NCBI GenBank assembly: GCA_964383935.1
Contig: CAYLIE010000001.1
Span: 11,073-75,072, forward strand
Source: an uncultured Anaerolineales bacterium
GTDB taxonomy: Bacteria; Chloroflexota; Anaerolineae; UBA7937
Direction of reading: 5' to 3'
DNA: 64,000 nucleotides
Both the position numbers and the translations under genes were made by a program. Under the pieces are notes generated by a model. The model searched no databases, had not been told where the DNA came from, and saw only the letters and a program-made list of their open reading frames with translations. Positions 39,358 to 49,803 of this stretch are shown here, in pieces (positions within the stretch are counted from its first letter, which is position 1; each line of letters begins with the position of its first letter).

Positions 39358-42204
39358 CTACTCCTCGATTCGGATCGTGGCTAAGATGACCCTATCCCCT
39401 TCTAGCCGGTTTCCCTCTTCATCGAAGGCGGGAAGGCGCGTCCCCGTTTCGGCTTGGTACATCCCCACCTCTAGGAGGTAGGAGCCAGAAGGAGCATTGG
39501 GGGGGACGGGGATCTCGTATTCGTCTCGTACCACCTCCCCTTCCAGCCAGCCGGTGGTGGGGTGTTTGCCCCCTTGTGGCGGGTTATCTTTCTGACCCCA
39601 GAGTTGCCCTCCTTCATTCAGAAGGTGGGTGAAGACGGTATAACTGGTGCTCATCTCCCTCTGGGCTTGCCAGTAAAGGACTAGGTGCAACTCCCCTCCT
39701 GGCTTAGCCACCTTGCTCTGCAAATCATATCCCAGAAGGGTAACCACCTCTCCCAGGTTGATCGTTAAGGGGTGCTCCGGGGAGGGGAGGGCGAACTCTC
39801 TAGGCCGCTCCAAGATGCGAACGGGACTGAGGACGATGCTCTCCCCTGAATCTCCGACTAGAGGAAGATACTCCCCCGTTTCCATATCGAAAACCCGAAG
39901 CAAGAGGCGATATCCCCCTGGGGGGGTTTCGGGAGGGATGGCGTAGTCAAAACGGTCGCGGACGATCTCCCCGGCCTTCCAGCGGCTGGTAGGGTAATCC
40001 CCATCTAAGGGTTGGCGGCGGAGTTCCCCGAACCCATTTCCTTCCTCATCGGCGAGGAAGACGGAGAGGGCGTAATCTCTCTTTGGTTGGCCTTGCGCTT
40101 GCCACCAGAGGGAGATGTGTATTCTCTCCCCAGGGCCCGCCCGGCGACGGCTGACCCCCCGCCCCAAGAAAATCAATTTATGGTCCAAGTTGCCCCGACG
40201 AGGCTGGGGTATCTCCAAGGCCTCTAAAGGAACGGAGGTCGCCTTGGCTACGACGAGGGGTTCGGAGGAGAGAGCGTCCAGGTAGGGTTCTTCCGCCATC
40301 TTAACCCTCTTTCCCGTAGCCCGGTCATAGAGGCCTATTTGGAGGCGATATTCTCGGGGCGGCGTATCGGGGGGGATGGGGAGAGTGAACCACTCTGCTA
40401 CCAGGTCGCCCTCTTGCCAACTGGAAGGGGGATAGCCCAAGGAGTCGGCTTGGGCCCAAAGGTAGCCTCGCAGATCCACCAGATGGAGGAAGAAGGAGTA
40501 ATCTATATCCCCTCTTGCCCTGCTGAGGGCGCGCCAGTAGAGGACGAGTTGTAAGGGCTCCCCGGCTCGAGGCAGGGAGACGAGATCATATCCCAAGATC
40601 TCGATCTGGTTATCGAGATTGGCTGAAAGGGGATAGTGGGGTTGGATCTTTTGGAGACCAGCCAGATCTCCTAAATCCAAGCGGTAGGCCTGAAAGGCTG
40701 GCTCTCCCTGGGGGTCGAGGACGCTATCCGCTACTGGCAGGCTAGAGAAATAGTCGTCTTTCCATTCCTCTCGCAAGGGGCCGGTGGCAGGGAAGATATA
40801 GGTCACCTCCTCGCGGGCAGGGAAGACGAGGGACCTCTGTCCGTTGAACCATCTGATGAAGCGGGGTTTCCCCAACATATAGTTTAGGACTTGTTGATCT
40901 AAATCGGCGGCGAACTCCGCGGAGATGCAGATGGTACCCCCCTCTAACTGGCTCAAGTACCGGGCCACCTCTGTCAGATCGGCTCGATAGATCTCCCGCA
41001 CCCCAGGGTTTTGAGCCCAGAGGAGAAAATAATCGCGGTAGGTGAAAAGGGCTGTGGCCAAGAAGAGGGCACCTATAGCCCCCATAGCTACCCTTTTGGC
41101 GGTCTCCCCCTTCCTCTGAGTGAGCCACCTCCAAGCGGCCACGATGGCTATCGAAGGGAGGGTATATATCGCTCCCAGGGCGCCGATGGCCCTCAGGGTA
41201 GAAGGGCTGGCCCGAGTTATGGCGCTGGTTATGAGGTTTAAGGGCAGCCAGAGGAGAAGAAAAGCGTACTCTGGTCTCTTGAACCTGGCTAGACAGATAA
41301 GGAGACCTCCATAGAAGAGGAGAGAAGTTAGGGGGTCGAAGACCGGACGCCCCGCCAGGTTGTATCGCCACTCTGGGTCGCCGCGAAGGCTGAACATCCC
41401 TAGAACATTCAAGGCGTCTTTGAGTACAGGTCGGGGGTCGCCTTGGAAGAGGAGGTGGAGGTGGTCGCTGAGATCGCGCACCCTGGCCGTGGAAGCGAGG
41501 GGATTTCTCTGCAAGTGATAGCCCATGGGGAGAAAGACCACCGAGGCCACGATGAAGAGGAGGACGATACCCTTAAGGTTGCTACGGAGGAGATCTCTGT
41601 GCCAGATGAAAAGGTAGAGCACGAAGAAGGCAAGAGTTGCAGCCACCAGGGGAGCCGAGGTGTAGGTATACTGAGCCAGGCCCAAAATGAAGCCCGAGGC
41701 CAGGAACCATGTCGTACCTCTCTTTAGCCCCTGCCAAGAGAGGTAGAAGCAGGCGAGTTCCAGGAGAAGGAGGGTAATAGGGCGCAACCCCACGCGACTA
41801 TCGAAGATATGCCAGAAAGAGATCGCTACCCCGGCGGCGGTGAGGAGGGCTACCTCTGAGCCGAAGAGTTCCTTGGTCAAGCGGTAGAGTATGGCGATGC
41901 TCACGACCCCTGAAAAGACGGCCACCAGGCGGAGGGCGAAATAGTTCTCCCCCAGAAGGGTGATAGAAAGAGCCGTTAGATAAGGGTAGAGGGCCTCCTC
42001 CCCGCCGTTGGCATCAAAAAAAGCGGGGAACTCTCCTTTAAGGATATAGGTGGCGAAGTTGGCTTTGAATATCTCATCGTGCTGAAGGCCAGGGGGAGCG
42101 GCCTGGAAACGGTAAGTCCGAAGGAAGGTGGCCAGGAGAAGGATAACGACGATTAGCCAAAGGGTTCGTCGATTTGCCGAGGTCTGAACACCGCTCTTTT
42201 GCAA
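39358..42204 (-). CDS. GT39/ArnT-PMT-family membrane glycosyltransferase with three C-terminal repeat domains
   Basis: N-terminal multi-TM GT-C region (LQHDEIFKANFA...). C-terminus has three roughly 110-aa repeats with LxLYWQA...F.HL.D..G..W.Q.D..P..G.YPTS.W..GE.V.D.Y.IP. Confidence 0.7.
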   Translation of the reverse strand: MQKSGVQTSANRRTLWLIVVILLLATFLRTYRFQAAPPGLQHDEIFKANFATYILKGEFPAFFDANGGEEALYPYLTALSITLLGENYFALRLVAVFSGVVSIAILYRLTKELFGSEVALLTAAGVAISFWHIFDSRVGLRPITLLLLELACFYLSWQGLKRGTTWFLASGFILGLAQYTYTSAPLVAATLAFFVLYLFIWHRDLLRSNLKGIVLLFIVASVVFLPMGYHLQRNPLASTARVRDLSDHLHLLFQGDPRPVLKDALNVLGMFSLRGDPEWRYNLAGRPVFDPLTSLLFYGGLLICLARFKRPEYAFLLLWLPLNLITSAITRASPSTLRAIGALGAIYTLPSIAIVAAWRWLTQRKGETAKRVAMGAIGALFLATALFTYRDYFLLWAQNPGVREIYRADLTEVARYLSQLEGGTICISAEFAADLDQQVLNYMLGKPRFIRWFNGQRSLVFPAREEVTYIFPATGPLREEWKDDYFSSLPVADSVLDPQGEPAFQAYRLDLGDLAGLQKIQPHYPLSANLDNQIEILGYDLVSLPRAGEPLQLVLYWRALSRARGDIDYSFFLHLVDLRGYLWAQADSLGYPPSSWQEGDLVAEWFTLPIPPDTPPREYRLQIGLYDRATGKRVKMAEEPYLDALSSEPLVVAKATSVPLEALEIPQPRRGNLDHKLIFLGRGVSRRRAGPGERIHISLWWQAQGQPKRDYALSVFLADEEGNGFGELRRQPLDGDYPTSRWKAGEIVRDRFDYAIPPETPPGGYRLLLRVFDMETGEYLPLVGDSGESIVLSPVRILERPREFALPSPEHPLTINLGEVVTLLGYDLQSKVAKPGGELHLVLYWQAQREMSTSYTVFTHLLNEGGQLWGQKDNPPQGGKHPTTGWLEGEVVRDEYEIPVPPNAPSGSYLLEVGMYQAETGTRLPAFDEEGNRLEGDRVILATIRIEE

Positions 42205-42448
42205 CTGCTCTCTCCTATCGTTGGGAACGCATGAAGGATTATAACAAACCTCGTGACTAGGGGGTAGATATGGTTGCGCAGGAGACTAATAGAGTTCTAC
42301 TCAAAGTTCCCTCGAAGAGGATATCGAAAGCCTCATCGTAGTGTAACAAGTCTCATACAGCCGGAAGAAGGTGGCTATTAGTATAGCCAAGACCAGAAGC
42401 GCGATCTTCGACACAGAGGTTTGTGAGACCATACGCTTTGCCAGCCTC

Positions 42449-45307
42449 TTAGCGCACCAGTCGGATGGGCGTCTCCCCCAAAAGGAGCCTCTCTCCTATA
42501 TGGTTCCCCTCTTGGTCGTAGATGGGTAGCCGCATTGAGGTCGAAGCATCGTACATACCGATCTCGATGAGGTAATCTCCGAGAGGTGCATCCTCTTTAA
42601 GGGGGATCTCATACTCATCTACGATGTACTCCCCTTCGATCCAACTGGTGGTGGGGAGGGTCCAGTCGCCGGGAACAGCGTCTTTCTGTCCCCAGATGCC
42701 ATCTTCTTCATCGACGAGGTGAGTGAAAACGGTATAAGAGGTCCCCATTTGAGCCAGGGCCTGCCAGTAGAGGGTGAGATGCAAACTCCCGCCGGGACGG
42801 CTTTCTGTCGATGTCAGGTCGTAGCCCAAGAAGAGGACGCTGTCCCCCAAGCGGGCCCAGAGCGGGTGTTGGATGGCTTTAGGTGGCTCAGTGGAATGGG
42901 CTCTTCCTTCCACTTCGATAGTGGTAAGGGCCAGTTCCTGGGCTCGCCAGAAGGGCCAGCGACCGATGGTCAAACGGGTTCCGTTCTCTGAGCGTTGGAG
43001 TCCCAAAAGCAGGCGGTAGTGGCCAGGAGGCAGATTAGCCAGTAGCAGCAGTCGATAGGGATCGCGAGTGAGACTATCAACCGGCCACCGACTGGTAGGG
43101 TAGGTGCCATGGATGGGGGCTTTCTCTTCCTGGACCCAGGTTTTGCCGCTCTCATCCTCCAGATGCAAGGAGACTTTATACTCTTCCATCTCAGTCAAAG
43201 CCTGCCAAAAGAGGGTCACCTCTGTCTCCTCGCCGGCAAGGTAAGGACCCTCGCCCAGGCTATAGCCTAAGAGCCGCATCCCTCCTTCGAAGTCGGCTTG
43301 CTGAGGGTACTGGATGGGGAGCGCCTCCACCGGTGGCTGGCGAGCGGGTAGAACGACTTTCACCTCTCCCAATATCGCTTCCACCCCCAGAGGTTCTCCT
43401 AGCGATGTCACCTCCAGGGGAGCGCTTTCGGGGGCACTGTAAAGGGAGAGGCGAAGTTGGTAGGTGCCGGGAGGGGTTCCGGCGGGCACCAAGAGGCCTT
43501 GGCTATCCCTAAGAGTGGCCCCCAGGGGTAGTTCGGAGAAAGGGCGGAGCCCAGCGAGGGGCTCGCTATCGTGACTGGCCCATACATAGCCACTCTTGTC
43601 CGTCAGACGCAAGGCTACTCGATACCTCTCTTGGAAATGGTCTATCCTTTGCCAAAGGAGATCCACCCTTATCACCCCCCAGGCGGCTTCCACCGGTTGG
43701 GCACTTATCCCATAGGCTTGGAGAAGCATCAGGCCTCCAAATTCCAGTGACCGATCGCTGGCGGTGAGGGAGGCTTGGCTGGCGTAGGCGGCAAGTTTCG
43801 TGCTCTGGCTATACCACTCGGCGAGGAAGGGGTAATATTCTCGACTCAGGTACTCCTCGACCTCGCTCTCCAAGATCCTCCCCAATACTTGATGGGTAGG
43901 GAACCAGAGACGGGGGTGTTGGGAAAGTAGCCCATCTAGCCCCTGGCCCATGAGATGGGGGCGCTCCATCCACCGCTCCTGTGTCACGTCGGTCTCTTCC
44001 TTGGGGGTGAGGTAAAGGAAGGGCAAGGGGGCTGGGTAGTAACTGCGAAAGTAGCCCACCTGCCAAGGGTGGACGACCAAGATCACATCTTTCGGTTGGG
44101 CTAGCGCCTCCATTCGGGCGATAAGGGGGCGGTAGTCGTCTTCTGCATACCGCGGGATGGTATAGAAATAGAAAAGAGAGAGGCCGCAAACGGCGATCAA
44201 GATCAACCCCGTCAAATATAGAAGGGTTCTCTTTCCCTTTAGAGAAGAGAGACCCAAAGCCACTAAGATATAGAAGGCCGGCGTGGCCAGGAGGAGGAGT
44301 CGCTCTATCCCTATGGCTCTAAAGGGGAAGCGGAGGTTGATGAGAAACCCCGAAAGTAGGGGAACGAAGAGGTAGAGGAGGAGGAAAACGATGCCTTCTT
44401 CTCCCTCCTGCTCCAGGGAAACCCTCGAAGCGGGAAGAAGAGCGCTTCCCACCCCTAGAGCAGCGAAAAGCAAGGGTATGATGCCCAACCAAGCCAGATA
44501 GGTAGGCTCAGGCAGATGTCCTATGCCAAAGGCGGCTAGATGGCTTCCCATATAGGTAGCGAAGCCCAGGGGAAGGTCGGCCTCCTTCACTAACTTGGTA
44601 GCCACGTAATCGATCAATTTGCTCCCCGCAAAGAGGATCCAAGGGGCATAAAGGAGGAGCCAGATCGCTTGAGCGACGAGCCATTTGAAGATCAGGAAAC
44701 GGTAACGACGAGCCAGGATGAGGAAAAAGAGCGTCTGGGCTAAGGGTATAAAGGCCGCATAGTATTGAGTGTATGCCGCCGCGGTAGTGGTCAAGATGTA
44801 GGCTACCCAGAGACCTATTGAGAGTTGGCCTTCTTTCAACCCTTTCCATATCTGCAAGGCGAAAAGAGTAGATAGGAGTCCTAGGAAAGTGACCAGGGCG
44901 TACATGCGGGCCTCTTGGGAGTAGTAGATAGGAAAGGGGGCCACAGCCCAAACCAGAGCGGCCAGCAGACCTATCGAGGGGTTAAAGAGGCGGCGGGCCA
45001 CGAGGAAGATGACAGTGACCGAAAGAACGCCCACCAGGAGGGAGAAGAAGCGGATGGCGAAAGGGCTAGGCCCCAGGAGTAGTACCCAAAGGTGGAGAAG
45101 TAGATAGTAGAAGGGAGGGTGAATATCGATGGCCGTGCGGGCCATCATGGAGAGGATATCGCTGGTGGCGAAATAGACCGTCCACCCCTCATCCCACCAG
45201 AGAGGTTGAAACTCCAGCCTGGCGATGCGGAGGGCGAAGGCCAAAAAGGTGATCAAGGTGAGCCAATAGGCCAAAGGTACTCTTTGAAGGATCGAATATC
45301 TTCTCAT
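42449..45307 (-). CDS. GT39/ArnT-PMT-family membrane glycosyltransferase paralogue with three C-terminal repeat domains
   Basis: Same architecture as the neighbour. Last repeat about 50% identical to that of the 39358 gene (LGYDL.S...PGG.LHL.LYWQA...SYTVFTHL...G..WGQKD). Confidence 0.7.
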   Translation of the reverse strand: MRRYSILQRVPLAYWLTLITFLAFALRIARLEFQPLWWDEGWTVYFATSDILSMMARTAIDIHPPFYYLLLHLWVLLLGPSPFAIRFFSLLVGVLSVTVIFLVARRLFNPSIGLLAALVWAVAPFPIYYSQEARMYALVTFLGLLSTLFALQIWKGLKEGQLSIGLWVAYILTTTAAAYTQYYAAFIPLAQTLFFLILARRYRFLIFKWLVAQAIWLLLYAPWILFAGSKLIDYVATKLVKEADLPLGFATYMGSHLAAFGIGHLPEPTYLAWLGIIPLLFAALGVGSALLPASRVSLEQEGEEGIVFLLLYLFVPLLSGFLINLRFPFRAIGIERLLLLATPAFYILVALGLSSLKGKRTLLYLTGLILIAVCGLSLFYFYTIPRYAEDDYRPLIARMEALAQPKDVILVVHPWQVGYFRSYYPAPLPFLYLTPKEETDVTQERWMERPHLMGQGLDGLLSQHPRLWFPTHQVLGRILESEVEEYLSREYYPFLAEWYSQSTKLAAYASQASLTASDRSLEFGGLMLLQAYGISAQPVEAAWGVIRVDLLWQRIDHFQERYRVALRLTDKSGYVWASHDSEPLAGLRPFSELPLGATLRDSQGLLVPAGTPPGTYQLRLSLYSAPESAPLEVTSLGEPLGVEAILGEVKVVLPARQPPVEALPIQYPQQADFEGGMRLLGYSLGEGPYLAGEETEVTLFWQALTEMEEYKVSLHLEDESGKTWVQEEKAPIHGTYPTSRWPVDSLTRDPYRLLLLANLPPGHYRLLLGLQRSENGTRLTIGRWPFWRAQELALTTIEVEGRAHSTEPPKAIQHPLWARLGDSVLFLGYDLTSTESRPGGSLHLTLYWQALAQMGTSYTVFTHLVDEEDGIWGQKDAVPGDWTLPTTSWIEGEYIVDEYEIPLKEDAPLGDYLIEIGMYDASTSMRLPIYDQEGNHIGERLLLGETPIRLVR

Positions 45308-45344
45308 AGGTATATCGGGCTGTATTATAACACACAGGATGTAA

Positions 45345-45373
45345 GGGAGAAAACTTGAGTTTTCTCTCCTTTT
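45345..45373 (+). promoter_or_regulatory. terminator-like hairpin in the rplI leader
   Basis: GGGAGAAAAC-ttga-GTTTTCTCTCC (10-bp stem with one G-U pair) followed by TTTTGG, 20 nt before the L9 start. Confidence 0.4.
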
Positions 45374-45392
45374 GGTGTATGATAGTAAAGGT

Positions 45393-45851
45393 ATGGATAT
45401 ACTTCTCCTTCAAGACGTGGAGGGGGTAGGGAAGGCTGGTGAGGTTCGCGCTGTGGCTGGAGGATACGCCCGCCATTTCCTCATCCCTCGAGGCCTAGCC
45501 GTGGTGGCTACCGAGGGCGCTCTCAAGGAAGCGGAGGGTTGGCGCCAGGCCCAGGCGCGGCGCGAAGAGCGGCAGAGAGCCAAGTTTGAGGACTTGGCGG
45601 CGCGGATGGAGAAGACAACCCTTAACTTCAAGGCCAAGGTGGGCGAGAAGGAGAGACTCTACGGCTCGATCACCAGCGGGGATATCGCGGAAGCCCTGGA
45701 GAGGGAGTTGGGAGAGGGCATCGATAAGCGAAAGATCGACCTTCCAGAGCCCATCCGGGAATTGGGAACCTATCAGGTGGCCGTACGGCTCATGGGAGAT
45801 CTCTCGCCTGAGGTCACTGTAGTGGTGGAGGAAGCCTCGGAGGGAGGGTAG
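45393..45851 (+). CDS. rplI: 50S ribosomal protein L9
   Basis: MDILLLQDVEGVGKAGEVRAVAGGYARHFLIPRGLAV, a near-consensus L9 N-terminus. Confidence 0.9.
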   Translation: MDILLLQDVEGVGKAGEVRAVAGGYARHFLIPRGLAVVATEGALKEAEGWRQAQARREERQRAKFEDLAARMEKTTLNFKAKVGEKERLYGSITSGDIAEALERELGEGIDKRKIDLPEPIRELGTYQVAVRLMGDLSPEVTVVVEEASEGG

Positions 45852-45852
45852 C

Positions 45853-46200
45853 GTGGAAGAGGATAGAGAGCGGTATTTTCTCATCAAGCATCTCATCAGC
45901 AACATCAGGTGTGCGGTCTGTAGCCAGCGGTATGAGCCCAAGGATGTGCGGATCCTGGGCCGCCAGGATGACCTCTGGATCATGGGGGTGACCTGTGCCC
46001 ATTGCGATACGCAGGGGATGATCTTCGCCGTGGTGCGCGAGGGCCAGCCCCCAGAGGTGATCACGGAGATGACGCCCGAGGAGTTAGCCAGAATCCCGGA
46101 ACTCTCCCCCATCGATGCCGACGATGTTCTGGATATGCACCGGCTCTTGAGAGATTTCAAAGGCGATTTTTACGATCTTCTGGGGGAGAATGAGACTTAA
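45853..46200 (+). CDS. hypothetical zinc-ribbon-like protein coupled to rplI
   Basis: GTG start 1 nt after the L9 stop. Paired CxxC motifs (CAVCSQ...CAHCDT). Confidence 0.45.
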   Translation: MEEDRERYFLIKHLISNIRCAVCSQRYEPKDVRILGRQDDLWIMGVTCAHCDTQGMIFAVVREGQPPEVITEMTPEELARIPELSPIDADDVLDMHRLLRDFKGDFYDLLGENET

Positions 46201-46218
46201 GGACAGAGGTTTAAGAGA

Positions 46219-46246
46219 AGCCACCGCCGACAGGCGGTGGCTTTTT
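46219..46246 (+). terminator. rho-independent terminator after the rplI operon
   Basis: AGCCACCGCC-gaca-GGCGGTGGCT followed by TTTTT. Confidence 0.75.
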
Positions 46247-47309
46247 AATATGCCCGCGATAGGAGGTGGCGGTTCCCGATATGAACGTTAGTCAGACCGG
46301 CCTGGCGAGCTGCACGTTCGGCCTCTTCCGCATGGCGCACTGAGGTGCGCGGCAGATCATGGATATAGAAGTGGGGGTGGAACCCCAAGAGAGAGTAAGG
46401 GATATTTGGATCTAGGGAGGCGATGAAGCGGGCGATACCACTTACCTCTTGGGCATCGACATACCCTGGAACTAGAAGGGTGCTAGCCACCACCAACGAC
46501 GGTTCGGGGCGTTGCGAGATATACCTGGCAGTCAGGGCGAAGTTCTCTAACGTCTGTCTGTTCGTCACCCCCGTGAGGGCCAGATGTAGGTTTTCATCAT
46601 AGGCCTTAAGGTCGAACTTCACGCATCCCCCCGTCTCCAAAGACAACCTCACCGCTTGCTCTAAGGCCTTCGGTTCTAGGGAGCCGTTGGTCTCCCAGCA
46701 AACCCTCACCCCCCGTCGGGCCAGGATGCGGGAGGTAGCCAGGGCGTGAGGGATTTGCGGCGTAGGGTCGCCCCCGAAATAGCAGATACAGAAGGTCCGT
46801 GAATCGGCCTTCTCCGCTAACTCTTGAGCGCTCAGGCCATTGTCCCGAGGCGACATCTGGCGGTAATGCCAGTTCTGACAGAAGAGGCAGTTGAAAGAAC
46901 AGGCCCCGTAGAAGACGGCTAGGTTATGGTAGCCGTACATCTTGCTCCCTTCACAGACCCAGGCGGCCACACAGTTGGTGGGCAAGGGGTCATAATACCA
47001 GTGGAGGATCCCCTTCTTGGCGGTTCCCGCCAGGTGAACCAATTTTCCACCTTCGTTAGTGCGCAGGCCACAGAACCCCCGCCCGCCTTCTGGGATCAGA
47101 CATTCATTGACACAAAGGGGACATCGTACCCCTTTATCATCCCGGGGCGGCTCCGGGGAGAGGTTGAACTCCCAGCGCGTGGCGTGCTGCACCTCCCTTA
47201 TGGAGGGAAGAACCTCATTTGGGAAAGCGCGGATACAATCCACACAGGCCCCTAGTGTGGAAGCGATGAGAGGGGAAGATCTCCCACAATGCGAGCAACG
47301 CCCAGCCAT
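46245..47309 (-). CDS. radical SAM protein (PflA/AmrS-like) with extra N-terminal Cys cluster
   Basis: CxxxCxxC 'GACSFNCLFCQNW' plus an N-terminal CSHC...CVDC cluster. 354 aa. Confidence 0.6.
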   Translation of the reverse strand: MAGRCSHCGRSSPLIASTLGACVDCIRAFPNEVLPSIREVQHATRWEFNLSPEPPRDDKGVRCPLCVNECLIPEGGRGFCGLRTNEGGKLVHLAGTAKKGILHWYYDPLPTNCVAAWVCEGSKMYGYHNLAVFYGACSFNCLFCQNWHYRQMSPRDNGLSAQELAEKADSRTFCICYFGGDPTPQIPHALATSRILARRGVRVCWETNGSLEPKALEQAVRLSLETGGCVKFDLKAYDENLHLALTGVTNRQTLENFALTARYISQRPEPSLVVASTLLVPGYVDAQEVSGIARFIASLDPNIPYSLLGFHPHFYIHDLPRTSVRHAEEAERAARQAGLTNVHIGNRHLLSRAY

Positions 47310-47312
47310 GAT

Positions 47313-48413
47313 CTATTCAGTCTCTATCTCCAGCGTGGGGGGGACGACCTCTATCCAGGAGTTACCTTCGGCCAAGGAAATGGGGTTTCCTGCCTCGTCG
47401 AAGAAGGAAAGCATATTCCCCGTGCCCGCCCAGACCCAATGGGCAGGGACGAGATAGCCATCCCTGAAGATAACCGCTTTCCCCTCGCCGTTAAGGACGA
47501 TGCGAAGCGAATGCACATAGTTGTACTCATCCTCGATGATGTCAGTCTCTTCGTGCTCAGCCCAGATGACGATCACATTTGCGGCGTTGATCTGTTCCCC
47601 GCTGGAGGCTTCGAAGGAAAGAGCCTCATTGAGGAAGCGAAGGTTCTTTTGCGAGGCAGCATCCCAGCGCCAGCCCACGCGGTTGTCGACGAAGTAGGGG
47701 ATGATGATCTCACTTCTGGTCTCCTTAGAGATGGCAGGGTCCAGGGGGCCGAAGAGAAGCGGGGGAACCCGCATAGGGTGCTGCCACTTTTCCCTCTCTT
47801 CGGCGATCTGCCAGAGGGTGAAGGTGCTGGTGAAAGTGTTGTAGGGCCATCCTTCCTTTGGGCCCTTGTTGAATCCGGGGTCGCCGCGAGTCTCATCTAA
47901 CCTGGGGAAGTTGGTCTCGTTGTTGAGCACCCAGAGCACCCCCGGGCTGGCCCCAGTATGGGCCACGATGCCGTCGAAGAGATAGGCTAGGGGGATATCG
48001 ATGAGACGAGCGCTCCTCACCGCCCCGATCTTCTCGAAATCCTGACAAAGATAGACAGCATCGAGGCGGGTTATCCCCCCCTCGGCGAGATGCTCGATGA
48101 TTATATCCGCCTTATGGAGCCCGGACTGGGGGCGGGATCTTTTGTCGTTACCTATTTTGACTATCAGAGGCCTGCGCAGCGCCTTTTCCGGTTCCTCCAT
48201 CGCTTCCCCGGTCAAGGGGCAGCGATCGGATTGTGGGGTCGGTGTAGGAGTTGGTGGCTCTGGGGTGTTGGTGGGAGCGACGGGGGTGACCAGGGGTCGA
48301 GGGGTCTTGGTGGGGGTAGGGGTAGCGATGGGACCGCTCGGCCCGCAGCCCCCAAGGAGGGTGACCAGAAAGCCTATTAAAAGGAGCGAAATCGCTCCCT
48401 TCGAACGTGCCAT
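47313..48413 (-). CDS. DUF3048-like secreted lipoprotein
   Basis: Lipobox LLGGC, a Pro/Thr-rich linker, then CPLTGE, typical of YerB/DUF3048 proteins. Confidence 0.5.
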   Translation of the reverse strand: MARSKGAISLLLIGFLVTLLGGCGPSGPIATPTPTKTPRPLVTPVAPTNTPEPPTPTPTPQSDRCPLTGEAMEEPEKALRRPLIVKIGNDKRSRPQSGLHKADIIIEHLAEGGITRLDAVYLCQDFEKIGAVRSARLIDIPLAYLFDGIVAHTGASPGVLWVLNNETNFPRLDETRGDPGFNKGPKEGWPYNTFTSTFTLWQIAEEREKWQHPMRVPPLLFGPLDPAISKETRSEIIIPYFVDNRVGWRWDAASQKNLRFLNEALSFEASSGEQINAANVIVIWAEHEETDIIEDEYNYVHSLRIVLNGEGKAVIFRDGYLVPAHWVWAGTGNMLSFFDEAGNPISLAEGNSWIEVVPPTLEIETE

Positions 48414-48810
48414 ACTCCTGACCTCCAGCTCAGATACTGGTCAGATTATAGCATATCCTGCTCTGGCTATCGAGTCAAAGAGGGGGGACAAGTAGGGCAG
48501 AGGGTCTCGATCTCTTGGGGCGCCTATGCTTGAGGCTCCTGCTCTCCTATGATATGATAAAATTAGCCGCCGACCTTGGCGGCGGTGAGGAAAAGCGGGA
48601 CAAAAGGTCGCTTGGATCGCAATCGCGACCGAGACGGTGGGGGATAGGGATGAAGTTTGGCCTCTCGGAGCATTGGGAGGCCATTTCGATCTATAGAGGG
48701 GCTTTTATAGCGAGGGAATAGAATCAGGACGCTGGGGGGGGAGCCACCGTTCTCATCACCTTGGCGGTGATCCTCCCCTGGCTTCCGAATAACATATCTT
48801 GGAGGGGGAA

Positions 48811-49803
48811 ATGGCTAAGAAACTATATAATGCCATCACCGATGTGTCCGGTATCCGCGTGGGTCACATCACCGATGCTCAAGCGCTGACCGGCTGCACC
48901 GTGGTGCTCTGTGAAAGAGGGGCTGTGGTAGGAGTGGATCAGAGAGGTGGGGCTCCTGGCACGCGCGAAACGGATCTGGCCCGACCTTTGCATCTGGTGC
49001 AAGAGGCTCACGCGGTGGTCCTTTCAGGTGGGAGCGCTTTTGGGCTAGATGCAGCCAGCGGTGTAGTTCGCTACTTAGAGGAGAAAGGGGTGGGCTTCGA
49101 TGCTGGTGTGGCTCGAGTGCCTATCGTGCCCGCTGCTATTTTGTACGACCTGGATGTGGGAGATCCCAGCATTCGTCCCGATGCTAAGATGGGATACGCC
49201 GCCTGCCAAGCGGCGACATCAGGTCTCATAGAGGTGGGGAACGTTGGTGCCGGCACGGGTGCCAGTGTGGGTAAGATCCTCGGGCCCGGCCGGGCTACAA
49301 AGTCAGGGCTGGGGACAGCGAGCATCGACTTGGGTGGGGGGCTTATCGTGGGCGCCTTAGTGGCGGTCAACGCCTTTGGCGATGTGATCGATCCCTCCAC
49401 AGGGGAGATCATCGCTGGGGCCAGGCGGTTGCGCGGGGGTGGGTTCGCCGATACCCTAAGCACCATGAGGGGTTTTGTGGGCAAGGCCATCATGCGCTTC
49501 GCTAGCCGGGGGCATACGATTATAGGTGTGGTGGCTACCAACGCCCGGCTGAACAAAGAGGGGGTGAATAAGGTAGCCCAGATGGCCCACGACGGTGTAG
49601 CCCGGGCCATTCGTCCCTCTCACACCATGTTCGACGGGGACACACTTTTCGCCCTAGCCACCGGCGGGAAGAAGGCTGATGTCAACCTGGTAGGGGCGTA
49701 CGGCGCGGAGGCTATGTCGGCAGCCATCCTCTCTGCTGTGCGCCAGGCGAAAAGCACTGGGGGGCTTTTAGCCTGGCGGGATCTGCAATCCAGCCCTGGC
49801 TGA
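48811..49803 (+). CDS. S58/DmpA-family (P1) aminopeptidase
   Basis: ITDVSGIRVGHITD...TGCTVVLC...GGAPGTRETD...LSGGSAFGLDAASGV. Start ATG 48811 after a GGAGGGGG RBS. Confidence 0.75.
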   Translation: MAKKLYNAITDVSGIRVGHITDAQALTGCTVVLCERGAVVGVDQRGGAPGTRETDLARPLHLVQEAHAVVLSGGSAFGLDAASGVVRYLEEKGVGFDAGVARVPIVPAAILYDLDVGDPSIRPDAKMGYAACQAATSGLIEVGNVGAGTGASVGKILGPGRATKSGLGTASIDLGGGLIVGALVAVNAFGDVIDPSTGEIIAGARRLRGGGFADTLSTMRGFVGKAIMRFASRGHTIIGVVATNARLNKEGVNKVAQMAHDGVARAIRPSHTMFDGDTLFALATGGKKADVNLVGAYGAEAMSAAILSAVRQAKSTGGLLAWRDLQSSPG

